A DNA stretch of 64,000 nt from Eledone cirrhosa (Eukaryota), in the NCBI GenBank assembly GCA_964016885.1, contig OZ024745.1:47306001-47370000 (forward strand). The letters are read 5' to 3'. Within the stretch, counting starts at the first letter, position 1. Each line of letters opens with the position of its first letter. The notes under the pieces were generated by a model, which saw nothing but the letters and a program-made list of their open reading frames with translations, searched no databases and was not told where the DNA came from. A program made the translations under genes and the position numbers. Below, piece after piece: positions 1-15,519 of the stretch.

Positions 1-1478
<1,478 letters not shown>

Positions 1479-1479
<1 letters not shown>

Positions 1480-4400
1480 CGTACGGACGCTGCTTGACAG
1501 GGATTCTTTGGAGCGTCCTGAACGAAGGACCGCTCTTGTTGCGAAGGAGCTTCGACGTTACGATCTTGACATCGTGGCTTTGTCTGAGACGAGGTTAGCT
1601 GGAGATGGTCATCTTACGGAATTTTGTGGAGAATATACATTCTTCTGGAAAGGAAGAGATGAAGGAACCAGAAGAGAGGCTGGGGTAGGATTTGCTGTTA
1701 AGACTGTACTGGTGAATAAATTGGAAGAATTCCCAGTGGGGATTAGTGAGCGTCTTATGTCCATGAGAGTTCCGCTGGACAAGGGAAGATATGCTACTCT
1801 GGTGAGTGTGTATGCTCCAACTATGAATTCTGTCGATGAAGAAAAACTGTCCTTTTACCATGCCTTGAAAGGTGTTTTAAGAAATATCCCTCAGGCAGAC
1901 AAAGTCATCGTGCTTGGTGACTTTAATGCTAGAGTGGGTAGGGATTTTAACACATGGAATGTAATCGGAAGGCATGGGGTGGGAAAGTGTAACAGCAATG
2001 GTATGCTCTTGCTGCAGATGTGTGAGGAGCTGGATCTGTGTGTTACCAACACCATGTTCCAACAAAAGAACAAATTCAAGACCACATGGATGCATCCTGC
2101 ATCTAAGGAATGGCATCTTTTGGACTACGTCCTAGTCAGGATGCGTGACAGACAGGATGTGCGGTGTGTTCGTGTTCTTCGTGGAGCTGAGTGCTGGACG
2201 GACCACCGTCTGGTACGCGCAAAAGTGAATCTAATCACCAAACGTAAAATCCGGGCTCCTGGTGTTACCCTGCCCAAAAGATTGAATGCTGCTCGTCTTA
2301 AGGATAAAAATGTGAAGAGGACATTGGAAGAAGAGATGCAGGCTGCAGATCTTGGTGAGGATTGGCCGACCCTTAAAAAGTCGGTTTATGATGTAGGCAG
2401 ACGTGTTCTGGGATTGGTGCAGAGAAAACATCAGGACTGGTTTAATGAGAAAGATGTGCATATAGATGACTTGTTGGCTGATAAGAGGCGCGCTCTGTCA
2501 CGCTACTTGACGGCAAGACCACAGGAGAGGAATACGTTGCATGAGGAGCTCAGGGATGTAAAATCACGTGTTAGGCGGAGTCTTTCTCAGATGAAGGATC
2601 AGTGGTGGAGTGAGAAGGCTGGTGAGATACAAACTGCGTCTGATTGCAATAACACAAAGCTGTTGTACAGTCTCTTGCGTGAGGTTTATGGACCGTCTTC
2701 TTCTCTGGTGACACCGATTCGCAGCAAGGATGGCAAAGAACTTCTTCGTGACTCACAGGGAATTCTACGAAGGTGGCGGGAGCACTTTGATGATCTTTTG
2801 AATCAGCCGTCTGTCGTCAGTGAAGATTTCCTCAATCTCATTCCGGAAAGTCCTGTGAAAGTAGCTCTCGCAGAGCCTCCGACACTTGTGGAGGTTGCAG
2901 TGGCTATTTCGAAGCTGAACAGTGGAAGATCTCCAGGTATGGATGGCATACATGCTGAGCTCCTACAATATGGTGGTGAGAGACTCCTGCAACATCTTCA
3001 CTCTCTGTTTGGAAGGATATGGGCTAATGAATCCGTGCCTGAGGACTGGAGAGATGCAGTAATGGTGGTCTTGTACAAGGGAAGGGGTAACAGGAATGAT
3101 TGTGGGAACTACAGAGGTATATCATTGCTTTCTGTCGTGGGGAAAGTTTTATGTAGGGTGCTTCTGGACCGTCTGCTGACACACATTGCAGATTGTGTCC
3201 TTCCTGAAAGTCAATCTGGTTTTCGTGTTGGACGCGGCACTACTGATATGATCTTCTCAGCTAGACAGCTCCAGGAGAAGTGCATTGAACAGGGCTTGGA
3301 TCTGTATCAGGTTTTTGTCGATCTGACAAAGGCTTTCGATACTGTCAACAGAGATGCATTATGGAAGGTTCTCCAGAAACTTGGTTGCCCTGATAAGTTC
3401 CTTGCTTTAGTTAGGTCTTTCCATGACGACATGAAGGCTTGGGTTAATGTCGGAGGTAACATGTCGGAGCCTATCTCAGTAAAAAATGGAGTGAAACAGG
3501 GGGATATTCCAGCACCGACCCTGTTTGCCATATACTTTGCAATGGTTTTCTGTATTGCATTCAGGAATTGCGAGCATGGTGTTTACATCCGATATCGAAC
3601 CTCAGGCAGCATATTTAACATCAGGCGCTTTGCTGCGAAGACAAAAGTATTTACATCAGTCATAAGAGACCTCTTGTATGCAGATGATTGCGATCTTGTA
3701 GCGCACACAGAGAGTGATATGCAGCACATTTTGAATGTATTTTCTGACGCTTGCACTGCCCTGGGTTTGACTGTCAGTCTCAAGAAAACCGTCGTCATGT
3801 ACCAACCTGCACCTGGTAGGCAGTACACTGAACCAAACATCTATGTGTATGGCAAACGACTTGGAGTGGTTGATCAGTTTGTCTACCTGGGAAGCACTGT
3901 CAATCGATACGGCAACCTTGACAGTGAAATCTCACTTAGGATTAGGAAAGCAAGTGATGCTTTCGGAAAGCTAGAAAGGCGACTCTGGGGTCGGCGAGAC
4001 ATATGCAGGAGGACAAAGGTAAAGGTGTACAGGGCATGTGTACTCTCTTGTCTTCTTTATGCCTGCGAGACCTGGGTCACATATCGACGCCACCTTAAGC
4101 AATTGGAGCGTTTCCATCAGATGTGTCTCAGACGGATACATGGCGTTCGCTGGAGGGACCACATCAGTGATGTCGAGATTTTGGAAAGCTCTATGTGTGA
4201 CAGTATAGAAGCTCTTGTGCTTAAGCAGCGACTCCGTTGGAGTGGTCACCTTGCCAGGATGAAGGATTCTAGAATACCAAAACAACTCTTCTATGGAGAG
4301 TTGGTTAAAGGAAAACGACCGCCACATAAACCAAAAAAGAGGTATAAGGATTCCTTGAAGGCCTCTCTGAAAGACGCTAACATCTCTGCTGATACATGGG

Positions 4401-4866
4401 AAAATATTGCTGCTGATCGTAATAAATGGAGAAAGACTGTATATGAGGGAAAAGTTGCCTTTGAGGCATCTCGAATCGCACACGAGAAAGTAAAGCGGGA
4501 CGTGAGGAAGGGTATTGCTGTTGCACTTCCAGACGGCGAGGGTCCTCCTATGTTTCTGACATGCAGCGTCTGTGCGAGACTCTGCCTAAGCAAAGCTGGA
4601 CTCGAAAGTCATCTTCGCAGTCATAAAGTAAGACCAGTGGTTGACTACCAGGCTGCTGTTGGAGATGCTACTCATCATGCTTGCCAAACATGTGGTAGAG
4701 AATGTAAATCAGCAGGAGGACTCAAGCGACATGCAAAAGTACACGAACTCCAACCACAGCCGACTATTCCCAGTAAATGTTTTGGTTGCCGACTCTGTGC
4801 AAGACATTTTGGATCATTGGCTGGGCTAAAAAGCCACATTCGATCGCAGCACTGTTAGTTGCTATC

Positions 4867-4904
<38 letters not shown>

Positions 4905-4983
4905 GCTTATGTGCGTGCGTGTGTGTGTATATATATATGAATATGTATATTATTATTGTTGTTGTCGTTATTATTATTATTGC

Positions 4984-5044
<61 letters not shown>

Positions 5045-5100
5045 TTTTTTTTTTTTTTTTTTTTTATTGTGCAATGGCCATACTCGATAACGAGGGGGCA

Positions 5101-5106
<6 letters not shown>
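1479..5106 (+). mobile_element. RTE-clade (BovB-like) non-LTR retrotransposon, 5'-truncated, inserted in (TA)n
   Basis: GC-richer block between two TA arrays with a single open ORF. The 3' UTR has (GT)n, (TAT)n and poly-T, and ends in the hairpin TGGCCATACTCGATAACGAGGGGGCAGCCATC directly before (AT)n. Confidence 0.93.
1481..4858 (+). CDS. RTE ORF: apurinic-like endonuclease, reverse transcriptase and three C-terminal C2H2 zinc fingers (true N-terminus missing)
   Basis: APE motifs [43 protein letters not shown] motifs [38 protein letters not shown]2H2 motifs CSVC..HLRSH, CQTC..HAKVH, CRLC..HIRSQH. The 821-1480 part of the track ORF is translated microsatellite. Confidence 0.93.
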   Translation, partial: VRTLLDRDSLERPERRTALVAKELRRYDLDIVALSETRLAGDGHLTEFCGEYTFFWKGRDEGTRREAGVGFAVKTVLVNKLEEFPVGISERLMSMRVPLDKGRYATLVSVYAPTMNSVDEEKLSFYHALKGVLRNIPQADKVIVLGDFNARVGRDFNTWNVIGRHGVGKCNSNGMLLLQMCEELDLCVTNTMFQQKNKFKTTWMHPASKEWHLLDYVLVRMRDRQDVRCVRVLRGAECWTDHRLVRAKVNLITKRKIRAPGVTLPKRLNAARLKDKNVKRTLEEEMQAADLGEDWPTLKKSVYDVGRRVLGLVQRKHQDWFNEKDVHIDDLLADKRRALSRYLTARPQERNTLHEELRDVKSRVRRSLSQMKDQWWSEKAGEIQTASDCNNTKLLYSLLREVYGPSSSLVTPIRSKDGKELLRDSQGILRRWREHFDDLLNQPSVVSEDFLNLIPESPVKVALAEPPTLVEVAVAISKLNSGRSPGMDGIHAELLQYGGERLLQHLHSLFGRIWANESVPEDWRDAVMVVLYKGRGNRNDCGNYRGISLLSVVGKVLCRVLLDRLLTHIADCVLPESQSGFRVGRGTTDMIFSARQLQEKCIEQGLDLYQVFVDLTKAFDTVNRDALWKVLQKLGCPDKFLALVRSFHDDMKAWVNVGGNMSEPISVKNGVKQGDIPAPTLFAIYFAMVFCIAFRNCEHGVYIRYRTSGSIFNIRRFAAKTKVFTSVIRDLLYADDCDLVAHTESDMQHILNVFSDACTALGLTVSLKKTVVMYQPAPGRQYTEPNIYVYGKRLGVVDQFVYLGSTVNRYGNLDSEISLRIRKASDAFGKLERRLWGRRDICRRTKVKVYRACVLSCLLYACETWVTYRRHLKQLERFHQMCLRRIHGVRWRDHISDVEILESSMCDSIEALVLKQRLRWSGHLARMKDSRIPKQLFYGELVKGKRPPHKPKKRYKDSLKASLKDANISADTWENIAADRNKWRKTVYEGKVAFEASRIAHEKVKRDVRKGIAVALPDGEGPPMFLTCSVCARLCLSKAGLESHLRSHKVRPVVDYQAAVGDATHHACQTCGRECKSAGGLKRHAKVHELQPQPTIPSKCFGCRLCARHFGSLAGLKSHIRSQHC

Positions 5107-5164
<58 letters not shown>

Positions 5165-5643
5165 ATATATATATATATATGTATGTATATATATATATAT
5201 ATATGTATGTATATATATATATATATATATATGCATATATATATATATATATGCATATATGTATATATATATATGCATATATATATATGTATGTATATAT
5301 ATATATATATATATGCATATATATATATATATATGCATATATGTATATATATATATGCATATATATATATGTATATATATATATATGCATATATATATAT
5401 GTATATATATATATGCATATATATATATGTATATATATATATGCATATATATATATGCATATATATATATGCATATATATATATATATGTATATATATGC
5501 ATATATATATATATATGCATATATATATATATATGCATATATATATATATATGCATATATATATATATATGCAAATATATATATATATGCATATATATAT
5601 GCATATATATATATGTATGTATTTGCATATATATATATATATG

Positions 5644-5733
<90 letters not shown>

Positions 5734-5960
5734 TATATATATATATATGCATATATATATATATATGCATATATATATATATAATGCATATATATATATA
5801 TGCATATATATATATGCATATATATATATGCATATATATATATATATATATGCATATATATATATGCATATATATGCATATATATGCATATATATGCATA
5901 TATATATATATGCATATATATATGCATATATATATATGCATATATATGCATATATATATA

Positions 5961-6000
<40 letters not shown>

Positions 6001-6329
6001 TATATATATATATATGCATATGCATATATATATATATATATATGCATATATATATATATATGCATATGCATATATATATATATATATATGCATATATATA
6101 TATATATATATGCATATATATATATATATGCATATATATATATATATATGCATATATATATATATATGCATATATATATATATATGCATATATATATATA
6201 TATATATGCATATATATATATATATATGCATATATATATATATATATATGCATATATATATATATGCATATATATATATATATATATGCATATATATATA
6301 TATATATATGCATATATATATATATATAT
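5107..6329. repeat. Interrupted (TA)n microsatellite
   Basis: Read directly. Confidence 0.98.
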
Positions 6330-6780
6330 GTAGATAAATCTACCAAGAGTTTACGGGTAGTGTCCAATCCGTATGAAGAACTCAATGTATTCCGGATATC
6401 ATGGAAAGAAGAGATGTAATGAAAAATCACTTTCGGTGAAAGATAAACGGTATATTCCTCTTTAATGTTTATTTATTATTTTTTATTTTTTTATTTTTTT
6501 ATTTTCTTAGTTTATAGATACATCTATATTAGGCAGTCTGCTCAGACCGTTGAATACTGACCTCTCCCCCCCCCCTCCCACCTAATTTCTGTATCTTGAT
6601 CTAAAAATGTGTGTGCCAGTGTTTTATGTGAGTGAATTAATATCCATGTGCTTATGATTTTATATCCACATATATAAATGTGAGTGGGGGTGTGTGTGTG
6701 TTTGTATGTTCGTGGTTATGTGTATATTTATGCATATACGCGCGTGTATGTGTGATTGTACGGATATGTGTGAGTATGAG

Positions 6781-6812
<32 letters not shown>

Positions 6813-7287
6813 TATTTATATACTTAATTTCATAAGTGTCAATACGCATCTTATCTGTGCATTATAAACTTACAGAGACATTAACCTTGAAATTTTGTAT
6901 TTGCATCCATCCTTTTAGTATGCGTATACAAATTATACATACATTTTTGTAAAATATGTGTAAGGGTTTTACATGTATATACACACACCGAACTGCATTT
7001 AACCCTTTGTGTTTTCATTGGTCAATTTTGTTCCCAAACGGACCTGAAATTTTGAATTGTTGTTATTATCAATAAATATACTTCATTATTTCTGAAGACG
7101 GCGTATATATGTGTTGGTATGTATATTTAATCTTGATAATTTGTATAATTTTGTATAATTTTGTACATAGATCTGTTGAATATGCATACCAATTCTAACA
7201 CATATATATCCTAGAAACGATCGTTAAATAATGAACTTTTTTTGTTTAATATAAGGAATTGTTTATTCATTATTTGTTTAATATTTT
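6328..7287 (+). mobile_element. 5'-truncated, ORF-less copy of the Penelope-like element: inverted ~127-bp tail (6328-6454) plus partial pseudo-LTR (~6465-7287)
   Basis: 6328-6454 matches 15520-15645. ~6465-7287 is the reverse complement, with many substitutions, of ~9016-9790. Both ends abut (TA)n. Confidence 0.88.
7082..7235 (+). ncRNA. Type I hammerhead ribozyme in the Penelope-like pseudo-LTR (copy 1)
   Basis: Stem I TTCATTATTT(7082-7091)/AAATAATGAA(7226-7235) is a perfect 10 bp. Core CTGAAGA is at 7092-7098, long stem II at 7099-7213, GAAA at 7214-7217, then the palindromic stem III CGATCG and a GUU cleavage triplet ending at 7225. Confidence 0.8.
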
Positions 7288-7617
7288 ATATATATATATA
7301 TGCATATATATATATATATATATGCATATATATATATATATATATGCATATATATATATATATATATGCATATATATATATATATGCATATATATATATA
7401 TATATATATATATGCATATATATATATATATATGCATATATATATATATATATGCATATATATATATAATATATATGCATATATATATATATATATGCAT
7501 ATATATATATATGCATATATATATGCATATATATATATATATGCATATATATATATATATGCATATATATATATATATGCATATATATATGCATATATAT
7601 ATATGTATATATATGCA

Positions 7618-7651
<34 letters not shown>

Positions 7652-7984
7652 TATATATATATATATGCATATATATATATATATGCATATATATTATATA
7701 TGCATATATATATATGCATATATATATATGCATATATATATATATATATGCATATATATATATGCATATATATGCATATATATGCATATATATGCATATA
7801 TATGCATATATATGCATATATATGCATATATATATATGCATATATATGCATATATATATATATGCATATATATATGCATATATATATATATGCATATATA
7901 TGCATATATATATATGCATATATATATATATATATCTATATATATATATATATATATATATGCATATATATATATATATGCATA

Positions 7985-8036
<52 letters not shown>

Positions 8037-8952
8037 TATATATATATATGCATATATATATATATGCATATATATATATATATGCATATATATATATATA
8101 TGCATATATATATATGCATATATATATATATATGCATATATATATATGCATATATATATATATATGCATATATATATATATGCATATATATATATATATG
8201 CATATATATATATATATATATGCATATATATATATATATGCATATATATATATATATATATGCATATATATATATATATATGCATATATATATATATATG
8301 CATATATATATATATATATCAATATATATATATATGCATATATATATATATATATGCATATATATATATATATATATGCATATATATATATATATATATG
8401 CATATATATATATATATATATGCATATATATATATATATATATGCATATATATATATATGCATATATATATATATATATATGCATATATATATATATATA
8501 TGCATATATATATATATATGCATATATATATATATATATATGCATATATATATATATATATGCATATATATATATATATATATGCATATATATATATATA
8601 TATGCATATATATATATATATATATGCATATATATATATATATATATGCATATATATATATATATATATGCATATATATGCATATATATATATATATATA
8701 TGCATATATATATATATATATATGCATATATATATATATATATATGCATATATATATATATATGCATATATATATATATATATATGCATATATATATATA
8801 TATATATGCATATATATATATATATATATGCATATATATATATATATATGCATATATATATATATATATATGCATATATATATATATATATATGCATATA
8901 TATATATATATGCATATATATATATATATATGCATATATATATATATATATA

Positions 8953-9015
<63 letters not shown>
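7288..9015. repeat. Interrupted (TA)n microsatellite, TGCA type, between the two Penelope-like 3' ends
   Basis: Read directly. Confidence 0.98.
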
Positions 9016-9022
<7 letters not shown>

Positions 9023-10043
9023 TAAACAAATAATGAACAAACAATTCCTTATATTAAACAAAAAAAGTTCACTATTTAACCATCGTTTCTAGGGTATATA
9101 TGTGTTATAATTGGTATGCATATTCAACAGATCTATGTACAAAATTATACAAAATTATACAAATTATCAAGATTAAATATACATACCTAACTCATATATA
9201 CGCCGTCTTCAGAAATAATGAAGTATATTTATTGATAATAACAACAATTCAAAATATCAGTTCAAAATTGACCAATGAAAACACAAAGGGTTTAAAAGCA
9301 GTTTGGTGTGTGTATATACATGTAAAAACCTTATACATATTTTACAATAATGTGTGTATAATTTGTATGTGCATACTAAAAAGATGGATGCAAACACAAA
9401 ATTTCAAGGTTAATATCTCTGTAAGCTTAATGCGCTGATAAGATGCGCAATGATACTTATGGAGTCAAGCATATAAATATATTTTTTTCATACTCACACA
9501 TATCAGTATAATCACACATACATGCGCGTATATGCATAAATATACACATAACCACGAACATACAAACACACACACTCCCCCACTCACATTTATATATGTG
9601 GATATAAAATCATAAGCAAATAGAAATTAAGTCACTCACATAAAATACTGGCACACACATTTCAAGATCAAGATACAGAAATTAGGTGGGAGGGGGGGGA
9701 GGGGGTCAGTATTAGATTGTCAGACCAGACTGCCTAATATAAATGTATCTATAAATTAAGAAAAATAAAAAAATAAAAACAATAAAATATAATAAATATA
9801 ATATAATGTACATACACATACAGATATACATACACATACATACATGTACGCGCACATAGAGATATTTACGCATACACACATACACACTACCTATACAGTC
9901 ATACACACACATACATTTACACGAACATACACATACACATATAAAAAGATATATATACACACACACACACACGCAACACATACACACTTACACATATATA
10001 TAAAATATAGATATAAGATATATATCCATATATATATATATAT

Positions 10044-10096
<53 letters not shown>

Positions 10097-10189
10097 TATA
10101 CACATACATACCCATACATCTAAATATACATACACATACATACACACATAATGTATATACATGTATACATGTACATATATAGCACATCG

Positions 10190-10233
<44 letters not shown>

Positions 10234-10585
10234 TATATACACTCACATAGACATAAAGATACATACACACACAACTTACATACACACGCATATACATATA
10301 TATATATATATATAGATGTACCTTCATACATAGAATTAGATATATAATCATACATACATATGCACCTACTTATACTCATATAAATAGAATACATACGCTT
10401 CCATATATGTGTATACATAAAAAACAATACCACCTCACCAAACCCAGACATACAAATGAAAATAATGAATAAATAGACGAATATGTATATACATATACAC
10501 ACACGCATTAATAGAGATATATATATATACACACATACATACAAACACATATATATACATACACACATACAATACATACATATAC

Positions 10586-10643
<58 letters not shown>

Positions 10644-10973
10644 TAGACTCATATATATATATACATATACATATATATATTATAAACATATATATCCACA
10701 CACTCATACCACCATAAATACACATACAAACACCCACATGTATATATATATATATATATATCCACATACACACACGTACACATATATATATATATATATA
10801 TACACATACAATATATATATATACACACACATAAAAAACAGACATGCACATATATATATATATATATATATTTCATTACTCTTATATATACACATAGTAT
10901 ATATACATACACAACCTCACTTATACACATATACACATAAGTTATATTACAATAATAATAAAGAATAATATAC

Positions 10974-11028
<55 letters not shown>

Positions 11029-11151
11029 TACATACATACACATACATACATACAGCATAAATATATACATACTTAAATACACACATACGAATAAAGACAT
11101 ATATTCACACATAGACACCTATATACATACATATATATATATATATATATC

Positions 11152-11202
<51 letters not shown>

Positions 11203-11912
11203 ACACACACACACACACACAGACACACATACACACTCACATATATATATATATATATGTGTATGTGAGTGTGCGCACATACACATATATACACATACAC
11301 ATACAAACACACACAAACACATACATATGCATACGTGCACACACACACACATATATCACATAGATACGAAGATAAACATATAAATAGAGAGACATACAAA
11401 TATATACACAACACATATACACATACATACAAACACGCATATACATATACATACATATATACACATATATATATTCCTATATACAAGCATACACATACAT
11501 ACACATATATACATATACATACACATATACATACCACACATTCACATACACATACATATATAATACATATATATACATATATATACATACATATGTATGT
11601 ACAATCATATATACACACTCAATCTTACATTCATATTTACATGCTCATATATGTATTTTTATATTTAGAAATAAATACCAAAACCTATATAGACACCCAC
11701 CTACATATATATTCATACATATACGCTTACAAATACAGATGATAATAGTATGGGGGAAAGGGGGGGTTTGGAGAAGGGGATCAAAGTAAATATATGTTTC
11801 AAGAAACATATAATATTTTCCGTATCTTAATTCAATGTATGTTCTTACATATTTTCAGTGCTAGGAAATACGAAATCTATGCATCTCAAAACAAAAAAGT
11901 ATACCATTAATC
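9016..11912 (-). repeat. 3' pseudo-LTR of the Penelope-like element (~2.9 kb, rich in TA/CA microsatellite)
   Basis: Near-identical direct repeat of 15658-18547; both run from AAAATATTAAACAAATAATG to AAAGTATACCATTAATC on the plus strand. Confidence 0.9.
9068..9222 (-). ncRNA. Hammerhead ribozyme copy 2 (stem III palindrome mutated to CGATGG)
   Basis: The minus strand reads TTCATTATTT-CTGAAGA-long stem II-GAAA-CGATGGTT-AAATAGTGAA. Confidence 0.7.
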
Positions 11913-12924
11913 ATATGTTAACTAAACCAAAGATAGTCAACATATTGATTTCTAAGGTGTAAATTAGTTAGGTTTATAATATTTGAAGCAGAATTATGAA
12001 GTCGAACAGTAGTAGATTATTAATTACATTATAACTAAATTAAAGTTAATAACGTTATGGTATCAATATTAGGAGATGAATTTAGTAATAGGGAAAAGAA
12101 ACCCAAATAAAAATAAAATAAAGTATTACATCGGTAGTAGCATATAAATTATATGTTAACTAAATTAAAAATTATATATTTATTTCAATAGTATACGTTA
12201 ATTAGTATATGTTAATTAGGTATACAATACATAAAGCAGATATTGTATTTCATCAATAGCATAATATAATTATATGCAAATAAAAATCAAAATTAATACG
12301 CATACATATACATATACATACACATACACATACATATACATATACACACATATATATATATATATACATATATATACACATATATACATATATACTCACA
12401 TAAACATACATACAGATACACATACACAACACACACATATACATATACATATACATATACATATCTTTTTCAAAAAATTGCACAGAATATATTAACTAGG
12501 TATATATCCAAAACACATCCCATTCTATGATTACATGACATTCTGCAATTCGTCTGTACAAGGATACTAATTTTAAGCAAATTAAAATTAAAATTTTAGT
12601 TTGATTAAAACTAAAACCAAATAATAAATATATTTCCAAAATGTATATTAATTAGGTCTATAATACTAAAAATTCTTTCTCCGTCATTGGATACATGATA
12701 TTATTTTGTTATATTTTATCTGTAAAAGAATTATAATAAAAAAAAGGTTTAAATAAATTAAAATTAATCTATAAATTAAATTACTGAGTATATATTAGTA
12801 ATATTTAAAGGTTTTTCAAAATTTATGATTACATAATATTTTCTCATCTGTAATAAAATATTAATTAAATTAAATTTATAGGTTAACTAACATTTAAATT
12901 AAATTAAATTCTAGAATAATGTTA

Positions 12925-15366
12925 TTAATTAGGTTTATAATATTTAAATGTTTTTTTTAGTTTATGATTACACGATATAATTAATTCCTGTCGTTTATTT
13001 AATAAGATATCCCTAGACTTCATTATTTCAAATAGTTCTTGGGAACATAATCTACATTCCTTTCTATTATTTTGATAAGGGGTGGCTCTTTTGAGCACAC
13101 TCCAGGTCAAATCATATTTTATATTTTTATTTTTATAACTATTGATTTTTTCTGCTAGAGATGTTGTATTAGCCAGTGCGGCATTTTTAAAGCTATGTTT
13201 GTGGGTATTATACCTTGTCTTAAAATTGTTAGAGGTAGCTCCTATATATGAGCAAATAGAATCTTTAGTTTTAACATTACATTTATAGACTATGTTGTTA
13301 ACAAGACAATTCCCTTTTAATGGGCAGTTTGTTTTGTTTCTACAGTTACATCCTTTCGTTAATTCTGTATTTGAGGAGATATTATTGTTAATTTGATGTA
13401 CTGGTGGTATACTTATGGTTTTCTTACATTTATATGCATTATATGCACTTATATTTTGTTTTATGTTATTTGTTGTAGAGTATGAGAATTTAACTGTAGA
13501 CCTATTTAAGATTTGATGGTATTTGTGGTTTGGCGGGAAGTTTTTCTCAAGGATATAAAAAAATTTTTTAGCAATATTATCCTTAACTTGTAAATTAAAA
13601 GGAGCATTATACCAAGTAACTCGTCTATTACGGTTTCTATGTTGTTTATTATTTTTATTATTTTTATATGTTGTATCATGATTTTTACTAGGAGGATTAA
13701 TGTTAATGATCTCACCACAACTATTTTTAGTTATATTTGTAGATTTAGGTGTTTTATCTTTTTTATTAGGAGTTTTATTATTAATATTTATTATAGTTGT
13801 ATGATGAGTAGTTTTTTGAGGGTTACTATACTTTATATTAGAAGATTTAGTATTTTGGGGTATATTGTGGGTGGCATTTAGGTGTGTACTTTTCATTTGG
13901 TGTTTGTTGGTAATATTATGCTGTATGCTTTCAGTATTTTTAGTAGAAGGTATATACTCTAATCTATTTTTGTGGCCACTTCTATCTAGAGCTTCATTAT
14001 AAAAGGTCGCATTTTTATCAAATACATCTTGGTTAGAAGAAAGGTTACAAATTCTAAGTGATATATTATATGCAAGGTTTTTAAGGATAGATTTAGGGTG
14101 ATTAGATTGTGAGTGTATGTAATGTAAGTTTTGGTTAGGTTTATGGTAAGGTTGGTATATACCCGTAGCTAAATCTAAAGTTATATCTAGGAAATTTACT
14201 ACTTTACTTGTTTTTTCAAAAGTAATATTAAGATTATAATAGTCTTTAAGGAAAGTTCTAATATGCTTTTTGTTTTTTTCGATTTCTGAAAGGCTAAGGT
14301 TGTTAGAAAGAAGAAGACAGTCATCACGATATAAACCACCTTTGAGGTGGGGAAAAGAGGCATTTATGTTGAAAAGGAGAAAGAGGCCCACAAGATCAGT
14401 AATTTGGGCGGAATCGCTTGAACCCATAGTAATATCAAAAAGATTACTGTATGTGTTTCTGGTCCAGTATTCATTCTGAAATTCAATAAGTGTTTGTCTA
14501 GCATGTGTAATAATGTTAATGTCATCCGAAGTTAAATTAGATCTATTTTTAGCAAATATTAATGCTTTGTTCAGGAGTATGGGTGATATAGAAGAATAGT
14601 AATTATCTATATCAAATTGTATGAAAGAAGCAGAAGATTTACACCTAATATTTTTAAACCAATTAATTACCTGGGAGGTGTTTTCCCAGAGTGGTAAAAT
14701 AACGTATTTTCTTATTTGTGGGATGACTCTATCTAAAATTTTTTTGCTAATTATTCCAATATCTGATTTGGAGGGACATATAAGTCTAATAGAAGGATTA
14801 GAGTTAAAGTTAGATTTGTGATCTTTCAGGTTGAAGTGTGATCTTTTCAATGCCAAAGGTTCAGTTCTATCTTCAATATTTAGTTTTTTTACTATGTTGT
14901 GTGTTTTGTTGTTGATGTTGGTGAGTGACACATTATTAGATTTTTTATAATTTTTTCTGAGTTCTTTATATATGAACTCATTATAATGTTCAATATCCAT
15001 ATGATACAAGTTACCAGTTTTGTCCGAGTGGACATGGATTTTTTTAGACTTTTTTAGGTCCAATAGGGTAGAATCAAGGTCCTTTTGAAAGACGGATTTA
15101 TACTTTTTAAATTTGAGGTGTTTAATTAAATTAAAAAGGTCTTTCTCGAAGTCTTCAAGTAAAAAGTTGTGTGGTGGATTCTTGTAAGTATTGAAATCAT
15201 ACATATATTTCCGATCTGCTTGTTTAGATTTTCTATCGAAGTGGTAGGCTCTCCATCTAACCCTTCTGATAAAATTATTAGTTTTCTGAATCATAAGGAG
15301 TAAGAAGTCGTCCTTAGAAGGTATTGGTATGTTTTTTAAGGAGGTTCCTAAATATTGTTTTTCCAT
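12925..15366 (-). CDS. Penelope-like polyprotein: reverse transcriptase plus C-terminal GIY-YIG endonuclease (likely ATG at 15366)
   Basis: N-terminal SLKNIPIP...RWRA; SDKTGN; RT motifs FDIDNYYSSI, ITMGS, GLYRDDCL, NFLDITL. Linker CNCRNKTNC (CxCx5C). Endonuclease IVY...SYIG...KTRYNTH...CRLC...LLNKRQE...CNH. No stops or frameshifts. Confidence 0.92.
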   Translation of the reverse strand: MEKQYLGTSLKNIPIPSKDDFLLLMIQKTNNFIRRVRWRAYHFDRKSKQADRKYMYDFNTYKNPPHNFLLEDFEKDLFNLIKHLKFKKYKSVFQKDLDSTLLDLKKSKKIHVHSDKTGNLYHMDIEHYNEFIYKELRKNYKKSNNVSLTNINNKTHNIVKKLNIEDRTEPLALKRSHFNLKDHKSNFNSNPSIRLICPSKSDIGIISKKILDRVIPQIRKYVILPLWENTSQVINWFKNIRCKSSASFIQFDIDNYYSSISPILLNKALIFAKNRSNLTSDDINIITHARQTLIEFQNEYWTRNTYSNLFDITMGSSDSAQITDLVGLFLLFNINASFPHLKGGLYRDDCLLLSNNLSLSEIEKNKKHIRTFLKDYYNLNITFEKTSKVVNFLDITLDLATGIYQPYHKPNQNLHYIHSQSNHPKSILKNLAYNISLRICNLSSNQDVFDKNATFYNEALDRSGHKNRLEYIPSTKNTESIQHNITNKHQMKSTHLNATHNIPQNTKSSNIKYSNPQKTTHHTTIININNKTPNKKDKTPKSTNITKNSCGEIININPPSKNHDTTYKNNKNNKQHRNRNRRVTWYNAPFNLQVKDNIAKKFFYILEKNFPPNHKYHQILNRSTVKFSYSTTNNIKQNISAYNAYKCKKTISIPPVHQINNNISSNTELTKGCNCRNKTNCPLKGNCLVNNIVYKCNVKTKDSICSYIGATSNNFKTRYNTHKHSFKNAALANTTSLAEKINSYKNKNIKYDLTWSVLKRATPYQNNRKECRLCSQELFEIMKSRDILLNKRQELIISCNHKLKKTFKYYKPN

Positions 15367-15519
15367 TGTGATATGGATGATGGACAATTGAAAGAGCTCA
15401 ACTAAATGTATATGGGTTTACAAAATCATACATATATATATGTTTATACATAAATATAAAATTAATACACACATACAGTACAAAAATACGAATATTTCCG
15501 TGAAAATAGGAGCAAAATT

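Noticed and set aside
9100-9438. 112-aa ORF repeated at 15742
   Set aside because: It is antisense to the PLE pseudo-LTR across the hammerhead, is frameshifted in the second copy and has no recognisable domain.
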